64,000 bases of DNA from Macrostomum lignano (lineage: Eukaryota), in the NCBI GenBank assembly GCA_002269645.1, contig NIVC01001145.1, forward strand, positions 186,001 to 250,000, read 5' to 3'. Below, piece by piece: positions 40,128-52,800 of this stretch. Position 1 is the first letter of the stretch, and each line of letters begins with the position of its first letter. Both the position numbers and the translations under genes were made by a program. The notes below the pieces were generated by a model. The model was not told the origin of the DNA. It made no database searches and saw only the letters and a program-made list of their open reading frames with translations.

Positions 40128-40938
40128 ATGGTTCGTGATCGCCAATACAGTTCGCCATCGCGTTCGCCATCGCCGTCCCGCTCTCGGTCGGCCTCCCGAT
40201 CGCCGCTGCCGCCGCTGGATGCGCCGCAGTCGAGGCGGCGTCAGTCGGCCTCTCGGTCGCGGTCGCCCAGACGATCCCGATCGTCCCGAAGCCGCTCCCG
40301 GTCTCCGATGCCTCGCGGCGGCGGTCGCCAGCGACGATCGTCGGCTTCGTCGCCGCCTGCGTCTGGACCCTCCTATCGGCTGCACGTCGGCGACTTGGGC
40401 GACGATCCAGACAAGGCCGAGCTGGAGCGCGCCTTCGGCCGCTACGGCCAGCCAACTGAGGTGTGGATCGCCAGGGCCCCGCCATGCTTCGCTTTCGTCG
40501 TGTACACCGATCGGCGCCAGGCTCAGCGCGCCCTCGAAGGCCTCGACGGCCGATCGTTGTGCGGCTCCCGACGAATCCGGGTGTCCTGGGCCAAGCCAAG
40601 GGGCGGCGGACCCGGCGGCAGAGGCGGCGGTGGCGGCGGCGGTGGCGGCGGCGGCGGTGGCGGCGGAGGAAACGGGCCGAGCAATCCGAATCTGCGCTGC
40701 TACGAATGCGGCGAGCCCGGCCATTTTAGTCGCGAATGTCAGGAACGGCGCCGGTACAAAGGCGGTGGAGGCGGCGGCGGCGGAGACTATGGTCGATTCC
40801 CGCATCGCCGGGACCGCGATTACGATCGGCCGTCTGGCGGCGGCGGTGATTACTTGGGACGCGAGCGCAGGGATAGAAACTTTCCCAGGTGAGGGGGCCG
40901 CCTGCTGGTCCGTTTGGGATGCGGCTCTGTGGTTAGAT

Positions 40939-40976
<38 letters not shown>

Positions 40977-41006
40977 CAGATGGATAGATAGACAGATGGA
41001 TAGATG

Positions 41007-41084
<78 letters not shown>

Positions 41085-41090
41085 AGGGTT

Positions 41091-41124
<34 letters not shown>

Positions 41125-41130
41125 AGGGTT

Positions 41131-41168
<38 letters not shown>

Positions 41169-41198
41169 CAGATGGATAGATAGACAGATGGATAGATG

Positions 41199-41260
<62 letters not shown>

Positions 41261-41266
41261 AGGGTT

Positions 41267-41304
<38 letters not shown>

Positions 41305-42109
41305 AGGGTTGATAGATAGATATAGACAGAGCCATAGAGAGCCAATGCTGATTTCCATTCCGCCCAGCCCCGTTGTTGGCTATCTGATAGCCATTGCCAG
41401 TTAATATTCATTCAAAGTGGTTGCTTTGGAACTTTATTATTAAAATGATTATCCGGACGTTCTTTTCAAACAGGGAAGGCAGATTTGTATGTAATAAAAG
41501 TTGAGCACTCTCAGCCGCTAACCGGAGCCACTGCTCTTTTCAATAATCTCAATTTTAGTCACGCCTGCCAAGTTATTGGTTAATTGTTCAAATTTGATCA
41601 CCGGATTATTAAAATGATGAGTCGAAAGCGACTTTATAGAGCCGGAGCTGTGTTTGCGCTCTGCTGGCCAAGCCTATAGTGGCCTAAAGTTTTGGCCCGG
41701 CTCGCTCGTTGCTCTCTCGTCATATTTTGGCGCGATGGAAGTGTCGGAACCGATGCGCCCCCTCTCTCTTTGTTGGCTTCTAATTTATTGTAGCACCAGT
41801 TGAGTCTACGCGTAGCTTTGCAATTGTAGCTCATCATTCTTGTCATGGTGTCCGTGGTGTTCTACTTGATCTGGCATCGGCTATTTAAATTGCATCAGCT
41901 GTTCCTGGCTTTTTTGACCTGGGATTCTATGTGACACACTACGGAGGACCTGCCGGTATTTATTTAGTGCCATCCGGGTTGCTGAGCAATCTGTAGGAGA
42001 TCAGCGTCACTGAGCCTGCTGTGACACCTGACTGGCTTCTCGTATCTGCGGTATATCCATCTGTCCGACTCCTGTTATTCCTGTCTGCCTGTCTGTCTGT
42101 CTGCCTGCC

Positions 42110-42174
<65 letters not shown>

Positions 42175-42305
42175 GCCTGTCTGTCTGTCTGCCTGCCTGC
42201 CTGTCTGTCTGTCTGTCTGTCTTAGTGTCTGCCTGTCTGCCTGCCTGTCTGCCTGTCTGTCTGTCTGTCTGTCTGTCTTAGTGTCTGTCTGTCTGTCTGT
42301 CTTAG

Positions 42306-42370
<65 letters not shown>

Positions 42371-42473
42371 TTCTGCCTGTCTGTCTGTCTGTCTGTCTGT
42401 CTGTCTTAGTGTCTGCCTGTCTGCCTGCCTGTCTGCCTGTCTGTCTGTCTGCCTGTCTGCCTGCCTGTCTGCC

Positions 42474-42540
<67 letters not shown>

Positions 42541-42553
42541 GTGTCTGTCTGTG

Positions 42554-42612
<59 letters not shown>

Positions 42613-42613
42613 G

Positions 42614-42645
<32 letters not shown>

Positions 42646-43820
42646 CAATCCCCTCTCACTCTGCATCCACCTCTGCCTGCGAGATGCAAGCCTATGCCGC
42701 TTAACTGATTAGTCTCAGTTAAGTCTCAATCCGGCATTTATTGGTTCGATTCACAATATCCTGCCAATAAGAAAACTTTATTATTGTTAAAATTATTATC
42801 AATACATATCGGGAGTTTGACGCAGTCCGAGTCCGAGTGGCAGTGGCCATGTCTTTCAATTATAGAACTATTTGATTAAATTCAAATTTCCTTCGAGAAT
42901 AGAGTTGATCGGCATGTTGCGACTGGTCAGTTTCTCTCTTTTCCCACTCTTCATCTCTCCGTTGCTATCCTAGCCTTGAGGTACAAGTCGCAAGTGATCG
43001 CTTATCGCTGACCATAACTATAACAAGTATTAGCTGGCTTCATTATGCGTGCAGAATCGACTGGTCTTTTTAAAAAAATTGAAGCCATTAAAACTACAAA
43101 CAGCAATATTGGTTGTTCTCTAATTTGGCTCTGTTTGGCACTGCGAAATATGTTTTTTTGTTGTTCGATAGCGTCGAAACAAAGGAATATTGGAGACCCA
43201 AAACTTGACTGGAACGTATTTTTGAGAGGTGAAAATGAACTCTTTTAAAGTACAGGAAAGTGACAACATTTGCCTCTCTGTCTGGGATGCCAGCTTAAAC
43301 ATGGTGTCAATTACAATGTTGGTGTTTTGCTGGGTTGTGTTTAAAAATGTAATTACGAAAATGGCGCTGATCTAGCTCGTCCAGGTATGTGGTACTGATT
43401 TTGTTTTGGTTTTCTCCGCCGAACAGGTAAGTAAAACTTTAACTCAGCATTTTTTATACAAAAAATCGAAAAAGACCAGATTTTACCTCACTTCACTACT
43501 CATATTTTACTGGAAAAGTAGTATAATTAGCACGTGTTATTTGTTTAAAAAACTTCGATTACAGAGATCGAGACGATCAGCGCGATCGATTTCGTTCGAG
43601 CAGAAAGTATTCGCCTCCTCCGCCTCCGCCGTCGGCTTCGAACTCGAGGTATTCGAACTACGGCAGCTACGGGGGCGGCGGCTACGCTGACTCGGCTAGT
43701 AGTCGTCGCAATGGATCAGATTTTCGACGCGACTATAATAAACGAGATAGTAATGCTGACCAGCCGAGAAGGCGAGTCAGCCCAATTATCGATTTGAGTC
43801 CACGGAGCGATCGATCTTAA
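40128..43820 (+). CDS. SRSF7: SR-family splicing factor, SRSF3/SRSF7 (9G8/RBP1)-like: N-terminal RS tract, RRM, Gly linker, CCHC zinc knuckle, RD/RS tail; about 338 aa
   Basis: Exons 40128-40888 and 43565-43820 join in phase 2 (ccc ag|a gat); TAA at 43818-43820. The [27 protein letters not shown]...[13 protein letters not shown]...LDGRSLCG aligns with SRSF3/7. Zinc knuckle [14 protein letters not shown]. Confidence 0.88.
40937..41325. repeat. (GATA)n microsatellite in the SR gene intron
   Basis: Read directly. Confidence 0.97.
42080..42645. repeat. (CTGT)n microsatellite in the SR gene intron
   Basis: Read directly. Confidence 0.97.
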
Positions 43821-44114
43821 GCGCAGAGCAGAGGACTGAATTCTGTGCTTGTGTGTGTAACTCTGCACCGTCTGTCCGCTGTTGTAACGCATGGGCTAAT
43901 AGGAAACACAAAACCAATCTATGCTTAGCACTCTTGCGAAGTTTCCACTTTGGCTCTGTAAGTTTGCATTAAAATTAATCGATTTTGGGATTTACATTGT
44001 TGTGCATCATCTGTCTATCTGTGTAATGCTGGGCCACTGTTATCAGCGAATTTCTTGTGTGTTTAGCACTCCGGAAATATATTTATGCTAAAAAATTTCA
44101 GCTTAGATACTGAA

Positions 44115-44650
44115 TTGCTGGGCCAGCCTCCCAGATCCCCAGTTGCTGGGCCAGCCTCCCAGATCCTCAGTTGCTGGGCCAGCCTCCCAAATCCTCAGTT
44201 GCTGGGCCAGCCTCCCAGATCCCCAGTTGCTGGGCCAGCCTCCCAGATCCTCAGTTGCTGGGCCAGCCTCCCAAATTCTCAGTTGCTGGGCCAGCCTCCC
44301 AGATCCTCAGTTGCTGGGCCAGCCTCCCAGATCCTCAGTTGCTGGGCCAGCCTTCCAGATCCTCAGTTGCTGGGCCAGCCTCCCAGATCCTCAGTTGCTG
44401 GGCCAGCCTCCCAGATCCTCAGTTGCTGGGCCAGCCTTCCAGATCCTCAGTTGCTGGGCCAGCCTCCTAGATCCCCAGTTGCTGGGCCAGCCTCCCAGAT
44501 CCTCATGCTAGGCCAGCCTCCCAGATCCTCAGTTGCTGGGCCAGACTCCCAGATCCTCAGCTGCTGGGCCAGCCTCCCAGATCCTCATGCTAGGCCAGCC
44601 TCCCAGATCCTCAGTTGCTGGGCCAGCCTCCCAGATCCTCAGCTGCTGGG
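44115..44650. repeat. 28-bp minisatellite, second copy of the SETD3 intron 3 family
   Basis: CTGGGCCAGCCTCCCAGATCCTCAGTTG, same orientation. Confidence 0.95.
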
Positions 44651-46803
44651 CCTCTTCCGCCATCGCCCCTGTCTTTAACTGCCAATTAATAGCTTAAAGC
44701 ATGAACAGACAGTCTGTTAACTCACACCCCAGTATCGTATTCCGGTTTTGTTATAATAATTGCCATAAAAAATTGTTTTATCTTTTTCGCCCAACCTTCT
44801 GTCTCTAAGTAATATTCTTGTGTTTCTGGTGTTGCTTGTTCTCTGTTTTTTATTTTATTATTTTTCCTTGTCTTTTTTAGGTAGTTTCGTAGCCCCTGAT
44901 CTTAGTTTTGAAGCAGTGTAATTAATTTTGATTGATTGATATGTTTCTCTTAATAGCATACCACACTACTTCCCCAAGCCCATAATGACTGCTTATTTAA
45001 TTATTAGTTATCCTGTATGTTATTTTTACGTTAACTCCCAATTCTCAATTTTATTTGCGTGTCTTTTTGTCAAGCGTTGTGTTTCTCTATGTTGTCTATT
45101 ATCCTCATTATTTATCATTTGTGTGCTTAACTTGGGCGAGAATAAAAAAAAAATAATAATAACAATACAATAGACACTTAACTATTCAAGTTGGCTACGC
45201 GTGATTAAAAATGATCGATCGATGTTTTACAGTTTTATTGATTTTTTATCCCACTCAATAGAAGTACTACTTAATAGAAGTAGTATGATGGGTATACTAT
45301 CCGGCGAGGGCCGGATATATGAGTGGCTTTGCGGATTCCTGATGCATTGAGTTTAGATCGGCACGTTTTTCATATGGACAATGAAAACAAATAATTTTTT
45401 TAAAAATCCGATCATTCAGCATTGTCCGTTGGCGAATCTGACCCGATTTTGCGCTCTCAGAAAATTCTCGCTCTGTGTGTATTTATTGGAACAGAAACAA
45501 AGCTAACAATACTCGAATCAGGATTTGTTACAGTACTTATATCTGGGTGCCAAGAGTTAGGAGAAACATGTTTAGGCGGGAATAGGAATAGCCTTGAATG
45601 GCTTATAGAATTTTTTTAAAATATAAATATTAATAATAATTAGTGTAGATTCGCACGTTAAGTACTTAATATTACTAGATTTGAAATTAAAATTGAAAAT
45701 AAAACATTTTGATTATATTAGCAATAGCGGCCTAGCAGGATGCTGCTAGGTTTATTTTTAAAAATAAACAAAAAATCATAGCGTTTTCTTCGAGATAAAA
45801 AGCAGAAAAAGTTGTGAAAAATTTCGGATTTTAAATTTGCATTATTAATTTACATGTTCACGACAATGTTATGCCTGTAAAATGGTTTTTAAAAGCACAG
45901 CACAGCTTTGCAATTAGGAATGTTATTAAATTAGCTATAAAGTCAAAACGTTTAGTCCAGTAACTCGAGTTAGTTACAGTGTAATAAATGTGTAATAAAA
46001 AGTGGCTTAAAACAGCAAAAAACGCCTATTTCTTATATTGCACTGGAAATGGCGACAGTGAAGATGGCTGCTTTAAAGAAAAATTGTGGTGCAGTGGTGT
46101 TTTTCATATGTATCTATAATCAAACACAAGTTATCTTAATTGTTTTACAACGCGCCGGAGGTGTCGGAAACGTTGGAAAAGGGATTTTCCTAGTTTTTGG
46201 CGTAGCAGGCTATCCATCCATTATTAAATAACCAAGGGTGCCCCAGCCCTGTTTTTCTATCCCCGCTAAATTACTACTATTTGCTGCTATACTGTGTATG
46301 TACATTAGTTATAAATAAGTACATTAGCTACAGCATAAGCCATAAGGGTTGGTAGAGGCTTATTGATTTTCTAGCCGGCCATTTAACCCCATCCCCCTCT
46401 TTAGCTATCTAGCTGTGCTGTTGAGCGTGTGAGGTTGAGTGAAGGGAATGTACATTTATCGATTTTTCTCGTCTATTTTTCAGCCCAGCTACCTCGTAGT
46501 ATTACGTAAATACTACTGTATAGTGCCGAATTGCTAGCTAGAGCTAATTATCGTGTTTTCTGAGCACGTTCATGTTGTATCATTAAAACAAAATAAGTAC
46601 TTGCATGTATTACCAGCTGACGGTACTTGTTTCACAAAAAAATCGCATGACGAATCGTATGACGGGTAAAACGAATAATAAAAACTTTAATTAGCTAGTC
46701 AAGCAACTGAAAAGTGTTGAATTTTTATCAGAAATTTCTCATCATACAATGCATATTTTGTGATTTCGGTTAAATAAATAAGTCATACACGATTAGGTCA
46801 GGT

Positions 46804-49800
46804 TTAGAAGAGGCCCACGGCCTTCTTGGCGTTGGTCTTCTTCCACTCTGGCAAGTTGGCAAAGTCCAGATAGGACATGCCGAAAACCTTGTGAAATTCC
46901 TCCTCGGTGAGGTGCAGCTGAAGTACGAGATCGATTATAATCGATAAGAACTAATAATTGATTATTGAGTAATTAGTTGATACATGTGCATCACGGGAAG
47001 TACCTCTTTCTCGTCCGGTCGGACACTGTCCGGGCATTTTTGTCGCAGAGTCTGATACGGAATTTTCTTGTACTCACCGAAGCTGAGAGATACACCGCCA
47101 CCTGAGCCGTTTAGCGACTCTGAGGCGATATCGACTCTGTCTAATTGGCGGCTTGAATCCTGGAACTCCTGCTTCATCTGCTCGTACGATTTGGCGCCCT
47201 GGCGAGTGTTTTAAAAATAGAAATAGAAACTTTTGTTTCAATAGAGTTATTCAACATTCCATAAAGACTATACTCATAATACTTGAGAATACTAGAGAAG
47301 GCTGATATGAAAGATATAAACATACGGATAAAAATGAATTAAAGTTCAAAATAGTCTGAGCTACTGCTAAATACTCGTAATATCTTTAGATGGATTGGCA
47401 AATACGCATCAAAGTTCCAAAGCAGCCAACAAAATTCCAATGTACACTCAGCTTAGCTAGCAAACCAAGGACGACTTAAGTAGGACGGGAAACCTCGTTT
47501 CTTAGAAAACTTTATAAGGCAGAAGGCACTACGGAGATTGGGAGTTTTCATTTTTTCAGCGCAAAAATTGTTATTACTTTTGATAGGAGGCAGATCCAGT
47601 GTTCATCTTTTGATACGTTGTGCCTTTCTTATTGTTCTATCGATACTCAAGAATGAGGATTCTATGTTAATTTTTATTCTACGTACATTTGCACGTATCT
47701 TGTGCCTAAAAAACCATTAAAATGGCACGGCTCAGCTCTTTGGTTTTATGAGTCTATTTTATCATTCTCAGCTGACTGTGTAACAAATATTTGTAACAGA
47801 GATGATAAAATGGATTCATAAAACCAAAGATTGGAGCTGTGCCATGCATTTTAGGTGGGGGCCGTAGCCCAGCGGTAGCGCAGCTGCTCTGGTGTGCCAG
47901 CGATCCAGGCTCGATTCCAAGTGCAGTCACATTAATTTGGGGCTGAATTGGAATCTCGGCTTGGCTCTGCTCGTGCAATTAACGGCCTTGAGAGCCAACC
48001 CCCAAGGCGCAGTGAAGTGTACATGCCTAACGATAAAATAAAGTTAGGGCCGCTGTACACTCCTGTGTGAGTGTGTGCCTGCGTACGTATCCGCGCGCTT
48101 GTATGCCTGCTCAGGGGAGTCGGCGGAATGGGCAGTAATGCCTCTCGCCGGTTGTGTGCCTATGTCGCTTAAAGTGCGCCAGGGTGCACACAACCCCCCC
48201 TGCCTCTAATAAAAAATAATGCATTTTATGATTGTTAGGTACAGGAAATGTACGTAGAATAAAAAATTAACATAGAATCCTAATTCTTTAAACGAAAAGC
48301 TTTATGAACATCGATACAGCAATAAGAAAGGCACAACATATCAAAAGATGAACACTGGATCTGCCTCCTATCAAAAGCAATACCAATTTTTGCGCTAAAA
48401 AAATTAAAAAACTTCTTATCTCCGTGTAGTGTCTTTTTTGGAAAACCTGCCTTCAAAAATTTTCCAAGAAACGAGATTTCCCGTTCTTCTACTTAAGTCG
48501 TCCTTGTAGCAGACATGTACGTTGGGTTATAGACAATAATAAGAAAATCGATAGGGGCAGGGGCAAAGGAACCAATAGAAGTCTAGGGGCGGGGGAGACA
48601 GATAAGACTACTGAATAAACATTCAGTGTACAGTCAGCTAGCGTACGCATCTATGTTAGGTTTTAAGCAATAAAAATGTGGCAGAGAACCAATAGAAGTC
48701 TAGGGGCGGGGGAGACAGATAAGACTACTGAATAAACATTCAGTGTACAGTCAGCTAGCGTACGCATCCATGTTAGGTTTTAAGCAATAAAAATGTGGCA
48801 GAGAACCAATAGAAGTCTAGGGGCGGGGGAGACAGATAAGACTACTGAATAAACATTCAGTGTACAGTCAGCTAGCGTACGCATCTATGTTAGGTTTTAA
48901 GCAATAAAAATGTGGCAGAGAACCAATAGAAGTCTAGGGGCGGGGGAGACAGATAAGACTACTGAATAAACATTCAGTGTACAGTCAGCTAGCGTACGCA
49001 TCTATGTTAGGTTTTAAGCAATAAAAATGTGGCAGAGAACCAATAGAAGTCTAGGGGCGGGGGAGACAGATAAGACTACTGAATAAACATTCAGTGTACA
49101 GTCAGCTAGCGTACGCATCTATGTTGGACTTTAAGCAATAAAAATGTGGCAGAGAACCAATAGAAGTCTAGAGGCGGAGGGACGGAGATGAAACCACTCC
49201 ACTGAATTGAAAGTACAATTTCTAACCCTTACGCCCGATATTCACTCACCGACCACATCTGGTAGTCCCAGGAAGGAAAAAAGCCAATAAACACCGGCGG
49301 CTCGTGACCATGTTTGACCCGATATATTGGCGCACTGTCCGGGTCGCGAGACTGCGTCGGATCGGATTTTAAATAGTCCACCGCCGCCTGCAGAGCCGCC
49401 TGACGCTCGGCCTCGTTCGAGTCAACGCCAATCCAGATGTACACCTCGTCTCCCGTGTCCAGAAGCATGACGTCTTCTTCGACCAGGTCGTCCTTGGATT
49501 GCATGGTCAGTTTAGGCGATAAAACGTTGACCATATTTAAGATAAAGCAAATAACCAAAAAGCAGATCCTACATAACTGTCATTGTTCCGGGAGATACTG
49601 ACTCCCTGAGTTTCTTCTAGATAGGGGGTCGGCTGACCCACTTAATTGGCCCCTCACTACAGGATCCAGCACAGTATATTTTATCTTTTACCTGTCAGTT
49701 TTATTAAAGCATCTTCTTTTTTTACTCGTATTTTTTATGGGGAATTTTAATTTAGGAAAATATACGCTTACTATAAACTACCTAAAAATGGACAGTAGAT

Positions 49801-52800
49801 AGTTCAGCAATTGCGAATTTTTTATATAACGATTAAAAAACAGGATTTTATTACCTGCGTAAAGTTGCTGATCTCTTCGGCCGTGAAGTAGCCTTTGGCG
49901 TTGCTGCACTGGAACAGGCGCGGCTCGAACGCCATGTTGGCCTCATGAAGGCGCTTGTCGCTCTGGTAGGGGCCCCTATAGAATTGGCAGCGTTGAGTGA
50001 CAAATTGTAGCACTGTACGTACGAGCGTACATTTAATTTTCCAAGATATTGAGTACAGGAATCCTGTCCTGCATCTACCGATATGTATAGAAAATCGACA
50101 TTGAAACCACAGGAATCAGGAATAAAACCCATTTAGAATAATAATTGACATTCAGATAGACACTTCCCACGGTTGATTGAGCACTGTGCTCAAAATATTG
50201 CACTCAAATTATTTATTCTTTTGTGCTCCCGAGAGAGCAAGAGAGAGACGGTAAGGAAACGCCCACAGTCCGTTCTGAATTACCCTATACTGTGACTCAC
50301 TGTGGAGAGATTTAATATCTTACTCTGAGCTATATTATGCCCACTAAGATTGGACGCAAGTGTGACTGTACTAGTCAGAGAATGACAACCCTTAGACACG
50401 AATGAACAGAACTTTCTTCTATAACCCAGCTGCTAACCTAGTTGTTCACTGCTCAAAGAGCAGGTTTGTTCTCAAACTCGAAACAAATTGGTTGGGGGGG
50501 GGGGGCTTAATAGCAAAGCTTTTGATTCAAAGAATCGCTACAAATAAAATGTAAAAAGTACTTTAGGGACTTTTAATTTCTGAACGTAAAAGTAATGTAA
50601 AAGTACTCAGTGAGCTTACTGATCCAAGCCAGCGTACTTAATTCAATCAGTTAAACACGAAAGTCGTGAGACTCAATCGAAACTCACTTAATAGCTCCAC
50701 GTTAATCTATCTGAATTTGAAGCCAGCAAAATTTGAAACAGTTGCTTTTAAAAACGTAATTCAGAATCTACCAAATCAAAATCTACAGAATCCACCACAA
50801 TCAGAATCTACCACAATCAGAATCCACCACAATCATAATCCACCACAATCGGAATCTACCACAATCAGAATCCACCACAATCAGAATCCACTCACCTTCC
50901 ACCCAGCAGCTGCCAGAACACTTCAGTCTCCTGTCCTTCGCACAGCAGTACGTAGTCACGCCGAGAGATAGTCTTGGCGATGTCTTTCGCAACTTCTCTC
51001 TCGTCGCCCGTTGTGCCCTAAAATTAAGGGGGAATTGAATTGGATGTAAGATTATGTTAGGATATGTTCCTCTCTAGACGAATTTCACTTACAGTCAAAT
51101 TGTCCCTGATAGTAAAATCTCACTGCGGCACTCAAATTGTCGATGACAGTCAAATTGTCACTTGCAGTCAAATTGTCACTGGCAGTCAAATTGTCACTGG
51201 CAGTCAAATTGTCACTTGCAGTCAAATTGTCACTGGCAGTCAAATTGTCACTGGCAGTCAAATTGTCACTGACAGTCAAATTGTCACTGACAGTCAAATT
51301 GTCACTGACAGCCAAATTTTCACTGGCAGTCAAATTGTCACTGGCAGTCAAATTGTCACTGAGCGCCAGTCAGATCAAATCAGTCAAATGCTGGTACATA
51401 TATCCAGAAAAAATGTCATACTTTATACAAGCCCAGGTTACCTTTCCACACCAGATGAAAATAGCCTGCCTAGATACCAGCACAAAGGTGTCGTTAGAAT
51501 TCAACGACCCCGAATCTGTTGGCACCTGTTCGGCTTTGGTATTGAGAGCGTTGGTGCCGCGAATGCGCAACAGGTAAGTGTCGCCTACGGCCTGGTCTTT
51601 TTCGTCCTTGCTCCAGCCGGCCTTGCCGCCCTGATATGGTGGCATGAGGACAATTTAGTTAGAGCTGCTGCATCAAGACAGCTTCAAGCTTATGTACACA
51701 GCAGATGAGAAAGAGAGAGAAGGGAGTAAGGAGAAAAGATGTAGAGGAAAGTCTAGTCTCAGAAATTCTAGTCTAGTCAATCGCACAGGAAGCATGTGAG
51801 GCTATAAACAGTATAGACGAGCGTAAAGTGTAATGAGTATATTAAAAAAGGCAATCAAAATGAGGATTCAATATGGCAACAAAGAGCGATCGAAACTCAC
51901 ATCGAACACAATCATGCGCCCTTTAAACAGAGCCAGAAAGTGCTGCGGCTCTTTGCCTTGAACAACTCGAACTTGCACGGCGGCTCCGCCAAGCTGATCG
52001 TCCAGAGCGGTGGCGTGCAGGGCCGAGGCGCCTCGTTCGTCTTGAGACGACTTGCGACCCTGAGGGAAAGAGCGAGTTTCCACAGCCATGTACAGTGCTT
52101 GTTAAGTCACCGTTTCAAATTGCAAACATTCAATAATGGGAAATGTTGACATTTTTTATATGAAAATGTAAAGCTTTCCTGAGAATACACACGCTCACCC
52201 AGGGTGTACAGCGGCTCTGTGACTTTCTAATCGTCAGGCATGTGCTCTGTCTGTGCCTTGGGGGCTGGCACTCATGGCTGTGTGATGAATCGCATGACAG
52301 CCCCAAAGATGACTTGTGGCCGCGCACTGAACCGAATCCCGAAGCTGCTATCCTCTCCCTCCTCTTGCCTCTCATCTCTCCTTTCCTCTCACCTCTCATC
52401 TATCCACTCCCTCCTCTTGCCTCTCATCTATCCTCTCCCTCCTCTTGCCTCTCATCTCTCCTTTCCTCTCACCTCTCATCTATCCTCTCCCTCCTCTTGC
52501 CTCTCATCTCTCCTTTCCTCTCACCTCTCATCTATCCTCTCCCTCCTCTTGCCTCTCATCTCTCCTTTCCTCTCACCTCTCATCTATCCTCTCCCTCCTC
52601 TTGCCTCTCATCTCTCCTTTCCTCTCACCTCTCACCTCTCATCTATCCTCTCCCTCCTCTTGCCTCTCATCTATTCTCTCCCTCCTCTTGACTCTCATCT
52701 ATTCTCTCCTCTCCTCTCTCTCCTCTTCTCTTCTCTCCTCTCCTCTCTTCTCCTCTCTCTCTCCTCTCCTCTCCTCTCCTCTCCTCTCCTCTACTTTCTT

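Noticed and set aside
40060-41411. Antisense and alternative-frame ORFs over the SR gene
   Set aside because: Shadows of a GC-rich exon plus (GATA)n translation.
47854-47935. tRNA-like sequence (also at 58168-58245)
   Set aside because: Both have A/B boxes but continue into SINE bodies with tails and TSDs, so they are not functional tRNA genes.
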